The notes under the pieces: model-generated
What the model was told of the DNA's origin: nothing
The model's database searches: none
Seen by the model: the letters and a program-made list of their open reading frames with translations, nothing else
Position numbers and translations under genes: made by a program
Assembly (NCBI GenBank): GCA_964477265.1
Contig: CAYZDJ010000005.1
Location: forward strand, 158,659-222,658
Direction: 5' to 3'
Source of the DNA: an uncultured Chitinophagaceae bacterium
GTDB taxonomy: Bacteria > Bacteroidota > Bacteroidia > Chitinophagales > Chitinophagaceae
DNA length: 64,000 nt
Shown: positions 27,198 through 35,541 of the stretch, piece after piece
Numbering within the stretch: the stretch's first letter is position 1
Layout: each line of letters begins with the position of its first letter

Positions 27198-28042
27198 TGG
27201 TTAGTTATCTTATTTAATTTTTCTGCACTTCCCCAAAATTTTAAAGGCTCAAAGTCAGGGTAGGGGTAGTAGCCTAAATTAAGTTCTATGTTTTTATTTT
27301 TTGTTTTCAAATAATCTAAAACAAATTGCTTTACTGCGATAGGCTTGCCACTACAGCAATTTATTGTTCCAACAAATTTGTTTTGCAATGCAATGGTAAC
27401 AATATTTTTTGCAACTTCTTCAATGGGTAAAAAATCCCTTATTTGCTCGCCACCACTCATATTAAATATTGCCTCATTATTTTCAAGTGCAGCATCTAAT
27501 TGTGATATTAACGATTTTGAATTTTGTCCTTTGCCATACATATAAAACAAGCGAATCCATTTATTAAGCAAAGGTTTTGTTAAACATAATTGCTGTAAAA
27601 ATAAATGTAGTTCATGCTTTGCTTTTGCATAAGTATTATCTGGCTTACATTCCATTTCTTCATTCAATTCGCCTTCTTGCATTCCATATTCAAAGCAAGT
27701 GCCTGTAACAGTTATATCAGTTAAACCACTATCAATTATATTTTTTAAAAATATTTTTTGCTGAGGTAAGTTTTCTGTCAAATGAAAATCGGCTTTAAAA
27801 TTTGGTAAACCCTGCCACGCCAAATGAATTAGTTTATTGGGTTTGTTAAAATATTCGAAGAGATTAGTGCTTGCTTCAGTTGAAAATGTGAAAGGGATAT
27901 ATGTAACCTTATTAAACCAAGTACAAGTTTTTGCTTTATCAATATTTGTTGATGAAGCAATGACTTTAATATTTCTTTGTAGCAATTCGTTGATAACATA
28001 ATTACCAATAAAACCAGTTGCACCTGTAACTAATACTTTCAT
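27194..28042 (-). CDS. NAD-dependent epimerase/dehydratase family (extended SDR), probable sugar ketoreductase/epimerase
   Basis: VTGATGFIGNYV Rossmann motif and YAKAK (YxxxK). 4-nt ATGA overlap with the downstream methyltransferase gene. Confidence 0.75.
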   Translation of the reverse strand: MKVLVTGATGFIGNYVINELLQRNIKVIASSTNIDKAKTCTWFNKVTYIPFTFSTEASTNLFEYFNKPNKLIHLAWQGLPNFKADFHLTENLPQQKIFLKNIIDSGLTDITVTGTCFEYGMQEGELNEEMECKPDNTYAKAKHELHLFLQQLCLTKPLLNKWIRLFYMYGKGQNSKSLISQLDAALENNEAIFNMSGGEQIRDFLPIEEVAKNIVTIALQNKFVGTINCCSGKPIAVKQFVLDYLKTKNKNIELNLGYYPYPDFEPLKFWGSAEKLNKITNQ

Positions 28043-28054
28043 TTTTATATTTTA

Positions 28055-28105
28055 TTTCACACAAAACTCACCAAGATTACAACTACACAAAGTCTTTGCG
28101 TGAAA
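28055..28105. repeat. CTTTG[CT]G repeat element, copy B (imperfect hairpin TTTCACACAAA...TTTGCGTGAAA)
   Basis: Sequence tttcacacaaaactcaccaagattacaactacacaaagtctttgcgtgaaaa fills the intercistronic gap. It is homologous to the left half of copy C (tttcacacaaagaaaactaaggttacaacgaaacaaag). Confidence 0.6.
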
Positions 28106-28107
28106 AT

Positions 28108-29331
28108 TTAAAACACTTTCAATTCAGGAATAGCAATTACAAACTTGCAATCCCATTCTCTTACATAACTTAATTGCTCACTAATTTCATCTTTTAAATT
28201 CCATGGAAAAATTACTATGAAATCAGGCTTTGCTTTTTCAATTTCATCTTTGCCAACAACAGGAATTCTACTGCCTGGCAATAACTTATTTTGCTTGTGT
28301 GGCGATGCATCAACTACAAATTCTATTAAATCATTTCCTTTAATGCCACAATAGTTGAGCAATGTATTTCCTTTTGCAGCAGCACCATAACCAATTACTT
28401 TTTTGCCTTGTCTTTTCTGCTGAATTAAAAACTCTGTAAAGTCATATTTTATGGTATCAACTTTCGCCTGAAAGTTTTGATAATATGCTAAAGTATTAAT
28501 TCCAGCAGCAGATTCTTTGTTAAGCATTGCAGCAACTGCTGGCTCAATTTGTTTAGTATTATCTTCTTTATGTTTTGTAAAAATTCTTAAACTTCCACCA
28601 TGAGTTGGTTGCTCTTGTACATCAAATATTTCTAATCCCTGTTCACCAAAAACAGAAACTAAATTAGTTAATGACAAATAAGAAAAGTGTTCGTGGTAAA
28701 CAGTGTCAAACTGATTCTCTTCAACCAACTTTAAAAGATGAGGAAACTCGAAAGTATTAATGCCATTAGGTTTCAAAGCAATCTTTACACCTTTTACAAA
28801 GTCATTAATATCTGGCACATGTGCTAAAACATTATTGCCCAAAATCAAATCTGCCTTGCCTTTTAATTTATCTTCTGCTAAACTGCTTCCAAAAAAATCT
28901 ACTATATTTTCTATTCCTTTTTCTATAGAAACTTTTGCTGTGTTAGCTGTAGGCTCAACACCCAAAACAGGAATGTTTTTTTCTTTAAAGTATTGCAACA
29001 AGTAACCATCATTGCTTGCAATTTCCACAACCAAACTATTTGAATTTAATCCAAATCTTTCAGTCATGTAATCAGTATATTTTTTTGCGTGTTGCAACCA
29101 GCTTGTTGAGAAAGATGAGAAGTAAGTGTATTCTTCATTGAAAATCGCATCTGCTTTTTCAAGTTCATCCACTTGCACTAACCAACATTTTTCACAAACA
29201 AAAACCTTCAATGGAAAATAGGTTTCAGGATAGTTAATCAACTCTGGCTTAACCATTGCATTTGATGGTGGGCAAGTTTGTAAATCACAAAAAACGTGAG
29301 TGAGTATATGGTTACAATGTCTGCAATTCAT
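28108..29331 (-). CDS. NDP-hexose C-methyltransferase-type enzyme (Zn-ribbon + class I SAM MTase + C-methyltransferase C-terminal domain)
   Basis: N-terminal CRHC...CEKC zinc-binding domain, VVEIASNDGYLLQYF SAM motif, C-terminal VIGYGAAAKGNTLLNY...VVDASPHKQNKLLPGSRIPV. Start set at MNCRHCN. Confidence 0.75.
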   Translation of the reverse strand: MNCRHCNHILTHVFCDLQTCPPSNAMVKPELINYPETYFPLKVFVCEKCWLVQVDELEKADAIFNEEYTYFSSFSTSWLQHAKKYTDYMTERFGLNSNSLVVEIASNDGYLLQYFKEKNIPVLGVEPTANTAKVSIEKGIENIVDFFGSSLAEDKLKGKADLILGNNVLAHVPDINDFVKGVKIALKPNGINTFEFPHLLKLVEENQFDTVYHEHFSYLSLTNLVSVFGEQGLEIFDVQEQPTHGGSLRIFTKHKEDNTKQIEPAVAAMLNKESAAGINTLAYYQNFQAKVDTIKYDFTEFLIQQKRQGKKVIGYGAAAKGNTLLNYCGIKGNDLIEFVVDASPHKQNKLLPGSRIPVVGKDEIEKAKPDFIVIFPWNLKDEISEQLSYVREWDCKFVIAIPELKVF

Positions 29332-29344
29332 GTTGTTATTTGTT

Positions 29345-29430
29345 TTTATTTCACACAAAGAAAACTAAGGTTACAACGAAACAAAGCTGTTTTCTTTGTG
29401 TACTTGATTGCCTTTGTAGCTTTGTGTGAA
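29345..29430. repeat. CTTTG[CT]G repeat element, copy C (composite inverted repeat)
   Basis: ACACAAAGAAAAC pairs with GTTTTCTTTGTGT. The outer ends TTTCACACAAAG / CTTTGTGTGAAA are inverted. The right half cctttgtagctttgtgtgaaa matches copy A at 22 of 23 positions. Confidence 0.6.
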
Positions 29431-29433
29431 AAA

Positions 29434-29979
29434 TCAAATTCCTTTAAATTCTTCTGTTAAAAAATTATGTTGTTTATCTCTTTCGCTAATGTTTGTTACT
29501 TCCAATTTCCATTCAATATTCAATCTTGGGTCATCATATTTTATTCCTGCCTCAACACCTGGTTTGTAAAATTCACTGTGATGATAAATTAATTCTGCAT
29601 CATCAGTTAATGTTTGAAATCCATGTGCAAAGCCTTCAGGAATGTAAATCATTTTTTTATTGGCAGCACTTAATTCAACTGCAAACCACTTCAAAAATGT
29701 TGGTGAGTTTTTTCTGATATCCACAATAACATCATACACACAACCTGCTATACAACGCACCAATTTTATTTCTGCAAATGGTGGCATTTGATAATGCAAT
29801 CCTCTGATGCTTCCTTTTTGTTTTGTAAAAGAATGGTTCATTTGCACCCAATTTTTTGTATGCCCAATTTGCTGAAACTCTTGCTCACAATATGTTCTGG
29901 CAAACCAACCTCTGTCATCAATAAAGGGATTTAAGTCTATAACATAGCTTCCTTTTAATATCGTCTCTGTAAGTGTCAT
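29434..29979 (-). CDS. dTDP-4-dehydrorhamnose 3,5-epimerase family (RmlC-like cupin) NDP-sugar epimerase
   Basis: RGLHYQ, KLVRCIAGCVYDVIVDIR, YIPEGFAHGF and DPRLNIEW motifs. Start set at the ATG at 29979 (the listed start at 29988 is a TTG). Confidence 0.85.
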   Translation of the reverse strand: MTLTETILKGSYVIDLNPFIDDRGWFARTYCEQEFQQIGHTKNWVQMNHSFTKQKGSIRGLHYQMPPFAEIKLVRCIAGCVYDVIVDIRKNSPTFLKWFAVELSAANKKMIYIPEGFAHGFQTLTDDAELIYHHSEFYKPGVEAGIKYDDPRLNIEWKLEVTNISERDKQHNFLTEEFKGI

Positions 29980-29986
29980 ATAAATC

Positions 29987-30020
29987 AAAACCTATAAGGT
30001 TTTTGAAACCTTATAGGTTT
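29987..30020. repeat. Palindromic hairpin repeat, copy 1 (AAACCTATAAGGTTT-TTG-AAACCTTATAGGTTT)
   Basis: Perfect 15-bp stem with a 3-nt loop. It fills the gap between the SDR stop (30024) and the RmlC-like start (29979). A near-identical copy in the opposite orientation lies at 31720-31751. Confidence 0.85.
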
Positions 30021-30023
30021 ATT

Positions 30024-31061
30024 TTATCGAATTGCTAAATTTTCATCAATAATTTTTTCATCTAACAACTTTTGAATCGTTTTTAAACGTATCAAATTTG
30101 ATTGACGAAAATTGACATCATTAAAGCCAATCCCTTCTAGCCCTTTTTTCAAATCTTCAACAGCATTTGCCAAACTCATTTGTGGCTGATGATTGGGTGC
30201 AAGTTTTTCATATAAATCAAAACTCACTTTATAACTTCTTTTATCAGGTGCAGCATTGGTGTTAATGTCAACTTCAATATTTCCAAAAATTTGTTGCACA
30301 GCAGCAGCCAATTCTCTTACCTGATAATTCCAAATATTGCTACCAGTATTAATAATTAAAAAACTTCCACCATCTTTTCTTTGAATTGCCCAATCCATTG
30401 CACGTGCCATATCTTTAACATGAATTAATGGACGCCAAGGTGTACCATCACTAAGAATGGTTATTTTTTTTGCAGAGATTGCACTGGCAACAAAATCATT
30501 CAACACTAAATCCAATCTTAATCTATCGCTATAACCACAAGCTGTTGCAAAACGCAGGCAGGTTATTTTAAAGTTATCATCAGCTAATGGCTGTAAACCT
30601 TGCTCTGCAAATACTTTGCTCTTTGCATAGGCAGTTAAAGGGTTTACTTCAGATGTCTCAGTTCTTGCATTTTCATCTGCAAAACCATACACACTACAAC
30701 TGCTGGCAAACACAAAATTTTTAACGCCATTTTCTTTAGCTTGTTTTGCAATGGTAATGGCAGCATGATAGTTTATATCTAAAGTTGGCTTTTCAAAAAC
30801 ATTACCCATAGGGTCGTTACTAATTGCAGCTAAATAAATAACGCTATCAAAGTCTTTCAATATTGCTGCATCTAAATTTCTAACATCGCCATAGTATTGT
30901 TTATCCAAAAGTGTATCACCAACAATACTGTTTGCAGTGTAGTTTTGAATAAAATAACCAATGTCAAATCCTGCTATAAATGCTTTAGGAAAATGTTGCC
31001 TGAAATGCTTAACAACCATTGGGCCAACATATCCTAAGTTTCCTATTATTAATACTTTCAT
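30024..31061 (-). CDS. NAD-dependent epimerase/dehydratase family (extended SDR); candidate NDP-hexose dehydratase/epimerase
   Basis: IIGNLGYVGPMV Rossmann motif, ASSCSVYG, YAKSK (YxxxK). Confidence 0.7.
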   Translation of the reverse strand: MKVLIIGNLGYVGPMVVKHFRQHFPKAFIAGFDIGYFIQNYTANSIVGDTLLDKQYYGDVRNLDAAILKDFDSVIYLAAISNDPMGNVFEKPTLDINYHAAITIAKQAKENGVKNFVFASSCSVYGFADENARTETSEVNPLTAYAKSKVFAEQGLQPLADDNFKITCLRFATACGYSDRLRLDLVLNDFVASAISAKKITILSDGTPWRPLIHVKDMARAMDWAIQRKDGGSFLIINTGSNIWNYQVRELAAAVQQIFGNIEVDINTNAAPDKRSYKVSFDLYEKLAPNHQPQMSLANAVEDLKKGLEGIGFNDVNFRQSNLIRLKTIQKLLDEKIIDENLAIR

Positions 31062-31070
31062 TTTTAAAAA

Positions 31071-31706
31071 TTACATTTCAAAAACATCTTTCACATTCAT
31101 GCTAAAACCTGTTATAACATTAGATTTTATAACATCATCTTCTGTATAAAACCTTGAGCCAACAAACTTTTCATTTACCAAGCTGTAAATAATAATGGTT
31201 TTCATTTCTGGGTTTACAATCCAATATTCCTTTACACCAGCCTCTTCATACAAATCAAATTTATTGCTTACTTCTTTTTTTGAATTACCTGGCGATAAAA
31301 TTTCTACAACCAAATCTGGTGCTCCACATAGTCCTCTACTATCAATAATGCTTTCATCACATACTACCATAATATCAGGTTGAACAACAGTAGTTATCTC
31401 GTTATCTTTTTTCTTGTTCTTTACTGGTAGTCTTACATCAAAAGGTGCTACAAAAACCTGGCAAGGCTTTTTATGTAATAGATTATATAATCTGCCAAAA
31501 ATTTCTCTGCTAATTTTTTGATGATTCAAATTTGGTGCAGACATTTTAAAAATTCTACCCCTGAATAGTTCCAATCTTTCTTCAATTTTAAACCTCAAAT
31601 AATCTACATAAGTATATACCTTGCTGCTATATTCCATAGCAGGTTCTTCAACCAAATAATGATTGTCTCCATCTTCAACAACTAAATATGATACTTCTTT
31701 TAACAT
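31071..31706 (-). CDS. Uma2 family (DUF820) PD-(D/E)xK endonuclease
   Basis: Layout typical of Uma2: ...ELFRGRIFKMSAPNLNHQKIS...VQPDIMVVCD...APDLVVEILSPGNSKKEVSNKFDLYEEAGVKEYWIVNP. Confidence 0.75.
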   Translation of the reverse strand: MLKEVSYLVVEDGDNHYLVEEPAMEYSSKVYTYVDYLRFKIEERLELFRGRIFKMSAPNLNHQKISREIFGRLYNLLHKKPCQVFVAPFDVRLPVKNKKKDNEITTVVQPDIMVVCDESIIDSRGLCGAPDLVVEILSPGNSKKEVSNKFDLYEEAGVKEYWIVNPEMKTIIIYSLVNEKFVGSRFYTEDDVIKSNVITGFSMNVKDVFEM

Positions 31707-31719
31707 ATAATTTTAGCAG

Positions 31720-31751
31720 ACCTATAAGGTTTCAAAAACCTTATAGGTTTT
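31720..31751. repeat. Palindromic hairpin repeat, copy 2 (inverted relative to copy 1)
   Basis: ACCTATAAGGTTT-CAA-AAACCTTATAGGT, a 13-bp stem. Its reverse complement matches copy 1, including the TTG loop. It lies between the rfbF stop (31757) and the Uma2 start (31706). Confidence 0.85.
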
Positions 31752-31756
31752 ATTAA

Positions 31757-32533
31757 CTACCACTTTTTCCAAGCAGCTTTATTGCTTTCCCATAATTCAC
31801 TCAACTCAATTTTATCTCTTAACGCATCCATACATTTCCAAAAACCTTTGTGCTGATAAGCCATCAACTCATTATCATTTGTTAATTGCAGCATTGGTTC
31901 TTCTTCCCACATTGTATTTGTCATATCATCTTTTAGATAATCAAAAATGGTTGGCTTTAAAACAAAATAACCACCATTTATCCATTTGCCATCATCCTTT
32001 GCTTTTTCCTTAAACTCTTTAACAGCACCAGTTTCATCTACATTCATACCACCAAAACGTGCATCTAATTGTATGGCAGTAAGTGTTGCAATTTTATTAT
32101 GTGCTTTATGAAATTTTACTAATTCATTTATATCAACATCGCAAACACCATCGCCATAAGTAAGCATAAAATCTTCGTTGCCTATATATTGTTGTACTTG
32201 TTGTAAACGTCCAGCAGTTTTTGTATTTAAACCAGTATCTACAAGTGTTACCTTAAAATTATCACTCTTTGTCCCAAACACTTCCATTTTATTATTGCCC
32301 AAATCAATTGATATATCAGAATTATGTAAAAAATAATTCATGAAATATTCCTTGATTACATAACCCTTGTAGCCAAGGCAAATGATAAAATCGTTGAAAC
32401 CATAGTGGCTGTATGTTTTCATGATGTGCCAAATTATTGGCTTGCCACCAATTTCAACCATTGGCTTGGGGCGAACATCAGTTTCCTCACTAATTCTCGT
32501 GCCTAAACCACCTGCAAAAATGACAACTTTCAT
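31757..32533 (-). CDS. rfbF: Glucose-1-phosphate cytidylyltransferase
   Basis: MKVVIFAGGLGTRISEETDVRPKPMVEIGGKPIIWHIMKTYSHYGFNDFIICLGYKGYVIKEYF is near-canonical RfbF. 258 aa. Confidence 0.9.
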   Translation of the reverse strand: MKVVIFAGGLGTRISEETDVRPKPMVEIGGKPIIWHIMKTYSHYGFNDFIICLGYKGYVIKEYFMNYFLHNSDISIDLGNNKMEVFGTKSDNFKVTLVDTGLNTKTAGRLQQVQQYIGNEDFMLTYGDGVCDVDINELVKFHKAHNKIATLTAIQLDARFGGMNVDETGAVKEFKEKAKDDGKWINGGYFVLKPTIFDYLKDDMTNTMWEEEPMLQLTNDNELMAYQHKGFWKCMDALRDKIELSELWESNKAAWKKW

Positions 32534-32568
32534 AGCTGCGAAAATATGAGTTTGTAGTTAGTAATTTA

Positions 32569-33312
32569 TTAATCCCATTTCTTTTTAAAATCACCACGGC
32601 TGAAATATTTTTCTATCAGGCAATACAGCACAATAAAAAAATATCGGCTGCCCATTTCTCTTATTTTTAAATTGGATGTGCCGTGTTTTCTATTTTGCCA
32701 ACTATTTGGTACAACAGTGTAAGTGTAACCACGAACAACAGCTTTTAAAGGCAATTCAACTGTTAAGTTAAAATGTGGCGACATAAATGGCTTTATGCCT
32801 TCAATAGTTTGCTTGCTATACAATTTAAAAGCATTGGTACAATCATTGTACTTTAGCCTGAAAACCCAATTAATGCAGGTGTTTACAAAGCGATTGATGT
32901 ATAATTTATTTTTGGGATAGTCTATAACCTTACCACCTTTAATAAACCTGCTGCCAAAAACACAATCTACTTTTTTATCAATAAATGTGTTGTAATAATT
33001 CACTAAATCTTTAGGTGAATCACTCATATCTGCCATTACAACAGCCACACAATCGCCACTAAAATTTTCCAAACCTTTACGCACTGCATAACCAAAACCA
33101 TTGTGTGGTGGATTGTTGGTTACATAAACCAACGTTGGAAATTTGGTTTTTAAGTTATCCAAAACCTCAATGGTATTATCTTTTGAGTTATCGTTTACCA
33201 CCAAAATTTCGTGTGGAATATTGCTGGCATTGAGTTCTGTGTAAAATGCTTCAATAGTTTCTGGTAAACTTAAACTTTCGTTATATGCAGGAATGACGAT
33301 ACTTAATTTCAT
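32569..33312 (-). CDS. GT2 polyprenyl-phosphate glycosyltransferase (DPM1/ArnC/GtrB-like)
   Basis: LSIVIPAYNESLSLPETIE...LVVNDNSKDNT...VVMADMSDSP motifs. Compact 247-aa form. Confidence 0.7.
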   Translation of the reverse strand: MKLSIVIPAYNESLSLPETIEAFYTELNASNIPHEILVVNDNSKDNTIEVLDNLKTKFPTLVYVTNNPPHNGFGYAVRKGLENFSGDCVAVVMADMSDSPKDLVNYYNTFIDKKVDCVFGSRFIKGGKVIDYPKNKLYINRFVNTCINWVFRLKYNDCTNAFKLYSKQTIEGIKPFMSPHFNLTVELPLKAVVRGYTYTVVPNSWQNRKHGTSNLKIREMGSRYFFIVLYCLIEKYFSRGDFKKKWD

Positions 33313-34373
33313 TACACACGAGCTTTCATATTGTCAAAAATTTGTGCAAGTGTTGTTTCTAACGAGTATTCATAAGCCCAGTCTGGGTAATGGTTTTTGA
33401 ATTTTGAAACATCAGAAATATACCAAATATGGTCGCCAATTCTATTGGTTTCACTGTAAGTATAATTCATTTTATTGCCAGTAATATTTTCACAAACTTC
33501 AATAGCTTCAATCATTGAGCAGTTGCTAAACCTGCTGCCACCTGCATTATATACTTCACCACATTTTGGGTTTTGGTAAAAATGCCAGAACATATTTACC
33601 AAATCGTAGCTATGAATATTGTCCCTTACTTGCTTGCCTTTATATCCAAAAATTGTGTATTGGTTTTTTGTAATAGCACACTTCATTAGATAAGAAAGAA
33701 AGCCATGCAACTGTGCACCACTATGTTGTGGACCAGTTAAGCAGCCACCCCTGAACACACCAGTTTTCATATTAAAGTATTTTCCATATTCCTGCACAAG
33801 CACATCTGCTGCCACTTTTGATGCACCAAAGAGTGAATGTTTAGAATTATCAATACTCATACTCTCATCAATCCCTTCTTTAAAATAGTGATGGCTTTCA
33901 TCAATTTCCCAACGTTTTTCAAGTTCGATTAATGGCAAATAATTTGGCGTATCACCATAAACTTTATTGGTTGAAGTAAAGATAAAAACGGCATCACTGC
34001 AATGCAACCTTGTTAGCTCAAGCAGGTTTAAAGTTCCATTTGCATTGATGGTAAAATCTGTCAATGGTTCTTTTGCAGCCCAGTCGTGGCTTGGTTGTGC
34101 AGCAGTATGAACTACCATTTTTATATCATTGCCATACTGCTTAAAAATAGTTTCCAAAGCAGCATAATCCCTTATGTCAATGTTGTGTGAAGTGAAGTTT
34201 TGAAACTCAGTTTTAAGCCTGTTTTCATTCCATTGTGTTGATGCTTCATTGCCAAAAAAATAAGCACGTTGGTTGTTGTCAATGCCAATTATCATATCCA
34301 TTTTACTGGCAAGAAAACTTACACTTTCGCTGCCAATCAACCCACCACTTCCTGTTATTAAAGCTATGTTCAT
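33312..34373 (-). CDS. Extended SDR, CDP-paratose-2-epimerase-like; catalytic motif reads FGASK instead of YxxxK
   Basis: [21 protein letters not shown] and GKQVRDNIH motifs. Where YxxxK is expected the sequence is [12 protein letters not shown] (codon TTT confirmed on the DNA). Confidence 0.7.
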   Translation of the reverse strand: MNIALITGSGGLIGSESVSFLASKMDMIIGIDNNQRAYFFGNEASTQWNENRLKTEFQNFTSHNIDIRDYAALETIFKQYGNDIKMVVHTAAQPSHDWAAKEPLTDFTINANGTLNLLELTRLHCSDAVFIFTSTNKVYGDTPNYLPLIELEKRWEIDESHHYFKEGIDESMSIDNSKHSLFGASKVAADVLVQEYGKYFNMKTGVFRGGCLTGPQHSGAQLHGFLSYLMKCAITKNQYTIFGYKGKQVRDNIHSYDLVNMFWHFYQNPKCGEVYNAGGSRFSNCSMIEAIEVCENITGNKMNYTYSETNRIGDHIWYISDVSKFKNHYPDWAYEYSLETTLAQIFDNMKARV

Positions 34374-34393
34374 TTTATTATTTTTTCTTTTAT

Positions 34394-34461
34394 GCCACTA
34401 AGACGCAAAGGCACAAAGTACTTTTATATTTATGAAATTTATGTCTTAGTGCCTTTGTGGC
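34394..34461. repeat. CTTTG[CT]G repeat element, copy D (hairpin CACTAAGAC...GTCTTAGTG)
   Basis: gccactaagacgcaaaggcacaaag ... tgtcttagtgcctttgtggc. The 9-bp arms CACTAAGAC (34396-34404) / GTCTTAGTG (34443-34451) are complementary. Shares taagacgcaaagg with copy A. Confidence 0.6.
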
Positions 34462-34466
34462 AATAC

Positions 34467-35537
34467 TTATACGTTTAAAATTTTATCCAACTGCTGTTCA
34501 TTATCTCCAATCCAAATAATAATGTCTTCAACTATTTTTTCAGCATTGCGTTTTGGCTGCCAACCTGTTGCTGCTGTTATTTTTGAGTTATCTGTTATAT
34601 AAATTGGAATATCACCTTTTCTATGCACATCAACACCATTTTCCTTAACAGTATTGCCTGTTATTTTTTGGCAAATATGTGTCAACTCTTTTAACGATAC
34701 ACTTGAAAAATTTGAACCACCAGCATTATAAACATTACCACTTACTTTTTCAAACTGGTGAATTTGCAAATCAACCAAATCAAATAAATCTAAAATGTGC
34801 ATCACGTCTCGAACCTGCTTGCCCAAACCTTTATAGCCAAAATAGCTTACTTCTTTTTTCCAATAATGGCGTGCAGCCCACAGTGCAATTACACCTTGGT
34901 CAACCTTACCCATTTGATAAGGACCAGCCACCACACCACACCTGTTAATGACATAATCAACACCAAAAAATTCCCTGAACTCTTCAATAATTAATTCACT
35001 TGCAAGTTTCGTAGTACCATAAACACTACGTGCTTTTGTTAAAGGAAAATCTTCGCTAATGCCATTAACACCAACACCAGCAAGGCTTTGATTGTTTGAA
35101 ATTGTATAACGCGTTTCGTTTTCCTCAATATTTATTTGTTCAATAAAACTGATAGGATACACACGGCTTGTAGAAAGGAAAATGAATTTTGCTTTGTGCT
35201 TTGCAGCCAATTCTAATGTATTGATTGTACCAACCAAATTAGTATTGATAACATAATTAAAAGTTGCATCTAGTCCAGCCATTATTGAAGGTTCAGCAGC
35301 AGCATCAATGATAATGTCAATCGTTTCATCAAAAACCAAATCTTCTTTGTTTCTAATATCAGCGTGTATAAACTCAATGCCTACTTCCTTCAATCTTGGA
35401 ATATTTAATTCGCTGCCCCTGCGTTTTAAATTATCTAAACAAATAATTTTATAGGCAGTATATTTTGTTTTTAAATTAATGGCAAGGTTAGAGCCTATAA
35501 AGCCACAACCACCAGTAATTAATATTGTTTTATTCAT
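34467..35537 (-). CDS. Extended SDR, NAD-dependent epimerase/dehydratase (CDP-paratose-2-epimerase-like)
   Basis: ITGGCGFIGSNLA, LSTSRVY, YGTTK (YxxxK) and GKQVRDVMH motifs. Confidence 0.75.
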   Translation of the reverse strand: MNKTILITGGCGFIGSNLAINLKTKYTAYKIICLDNLKRRGSELNIPRLKEVGIEFIHADIRNKEDLVFDETIDIIIDAAAEPSIMAGLDATFNYVINTNLVGTINTLELAAKHKAKFIFLSTSRVYPISFIEQINIEENETRYTISNNQSLAGVGVNGISEDFPLTKARSVYGTTKLASELIIEEFREFFGVDYVINRCGVVAGPYQMGKVDQGVIALWAARHYWKKEVSYFGYKGLGKQVRDVMHILDLFDLVDLQIHQFEKVSGNVYNAGGSNFSSVSLKELTHICQKITGNTVKENGVDVHRKGDIPIYITDNSKITAATGWQPKRNAEKIVEDIIIWIGDNEQQLDKILNV

Positions 35538-35541
35538 TTAA

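Noticed and set aside
29980-29988. Upstream TTG starts used by the ORF track (29988, 44658, 45211, 41561, 51036, 59944; also the 7888 and 39045 ATG extensions)
   Set aside because: Each extension is short, hydrophobic or repeat-derived, and overlaps a neighbouring gene or repeat. A downstream ATG gives a canonical N-terminus (signal peptide or conserved family start).
31071-31706. Uma2 gene considered as a transposase or mobile-element marker
   Set aside because: Uma2/DUF820 proteins are PD-(D/E)xK nucleases, not transposases. No integrase, transposase or target-site duplication is visible, so it is reported only as a cassette-like oddity and not annotated as a mobile element.
34235-34435. 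66-aa ORF ending ...[13 protein letters not shown]
   Set aside because: Most of it is antisense to the 5' end of the SDR gene 33312..34373. Its C-terminal third, including the '[10 protein letters not shown]' string, is just a translation of the CTTTG[CT]G repeat element (copy D). It is not a gene.
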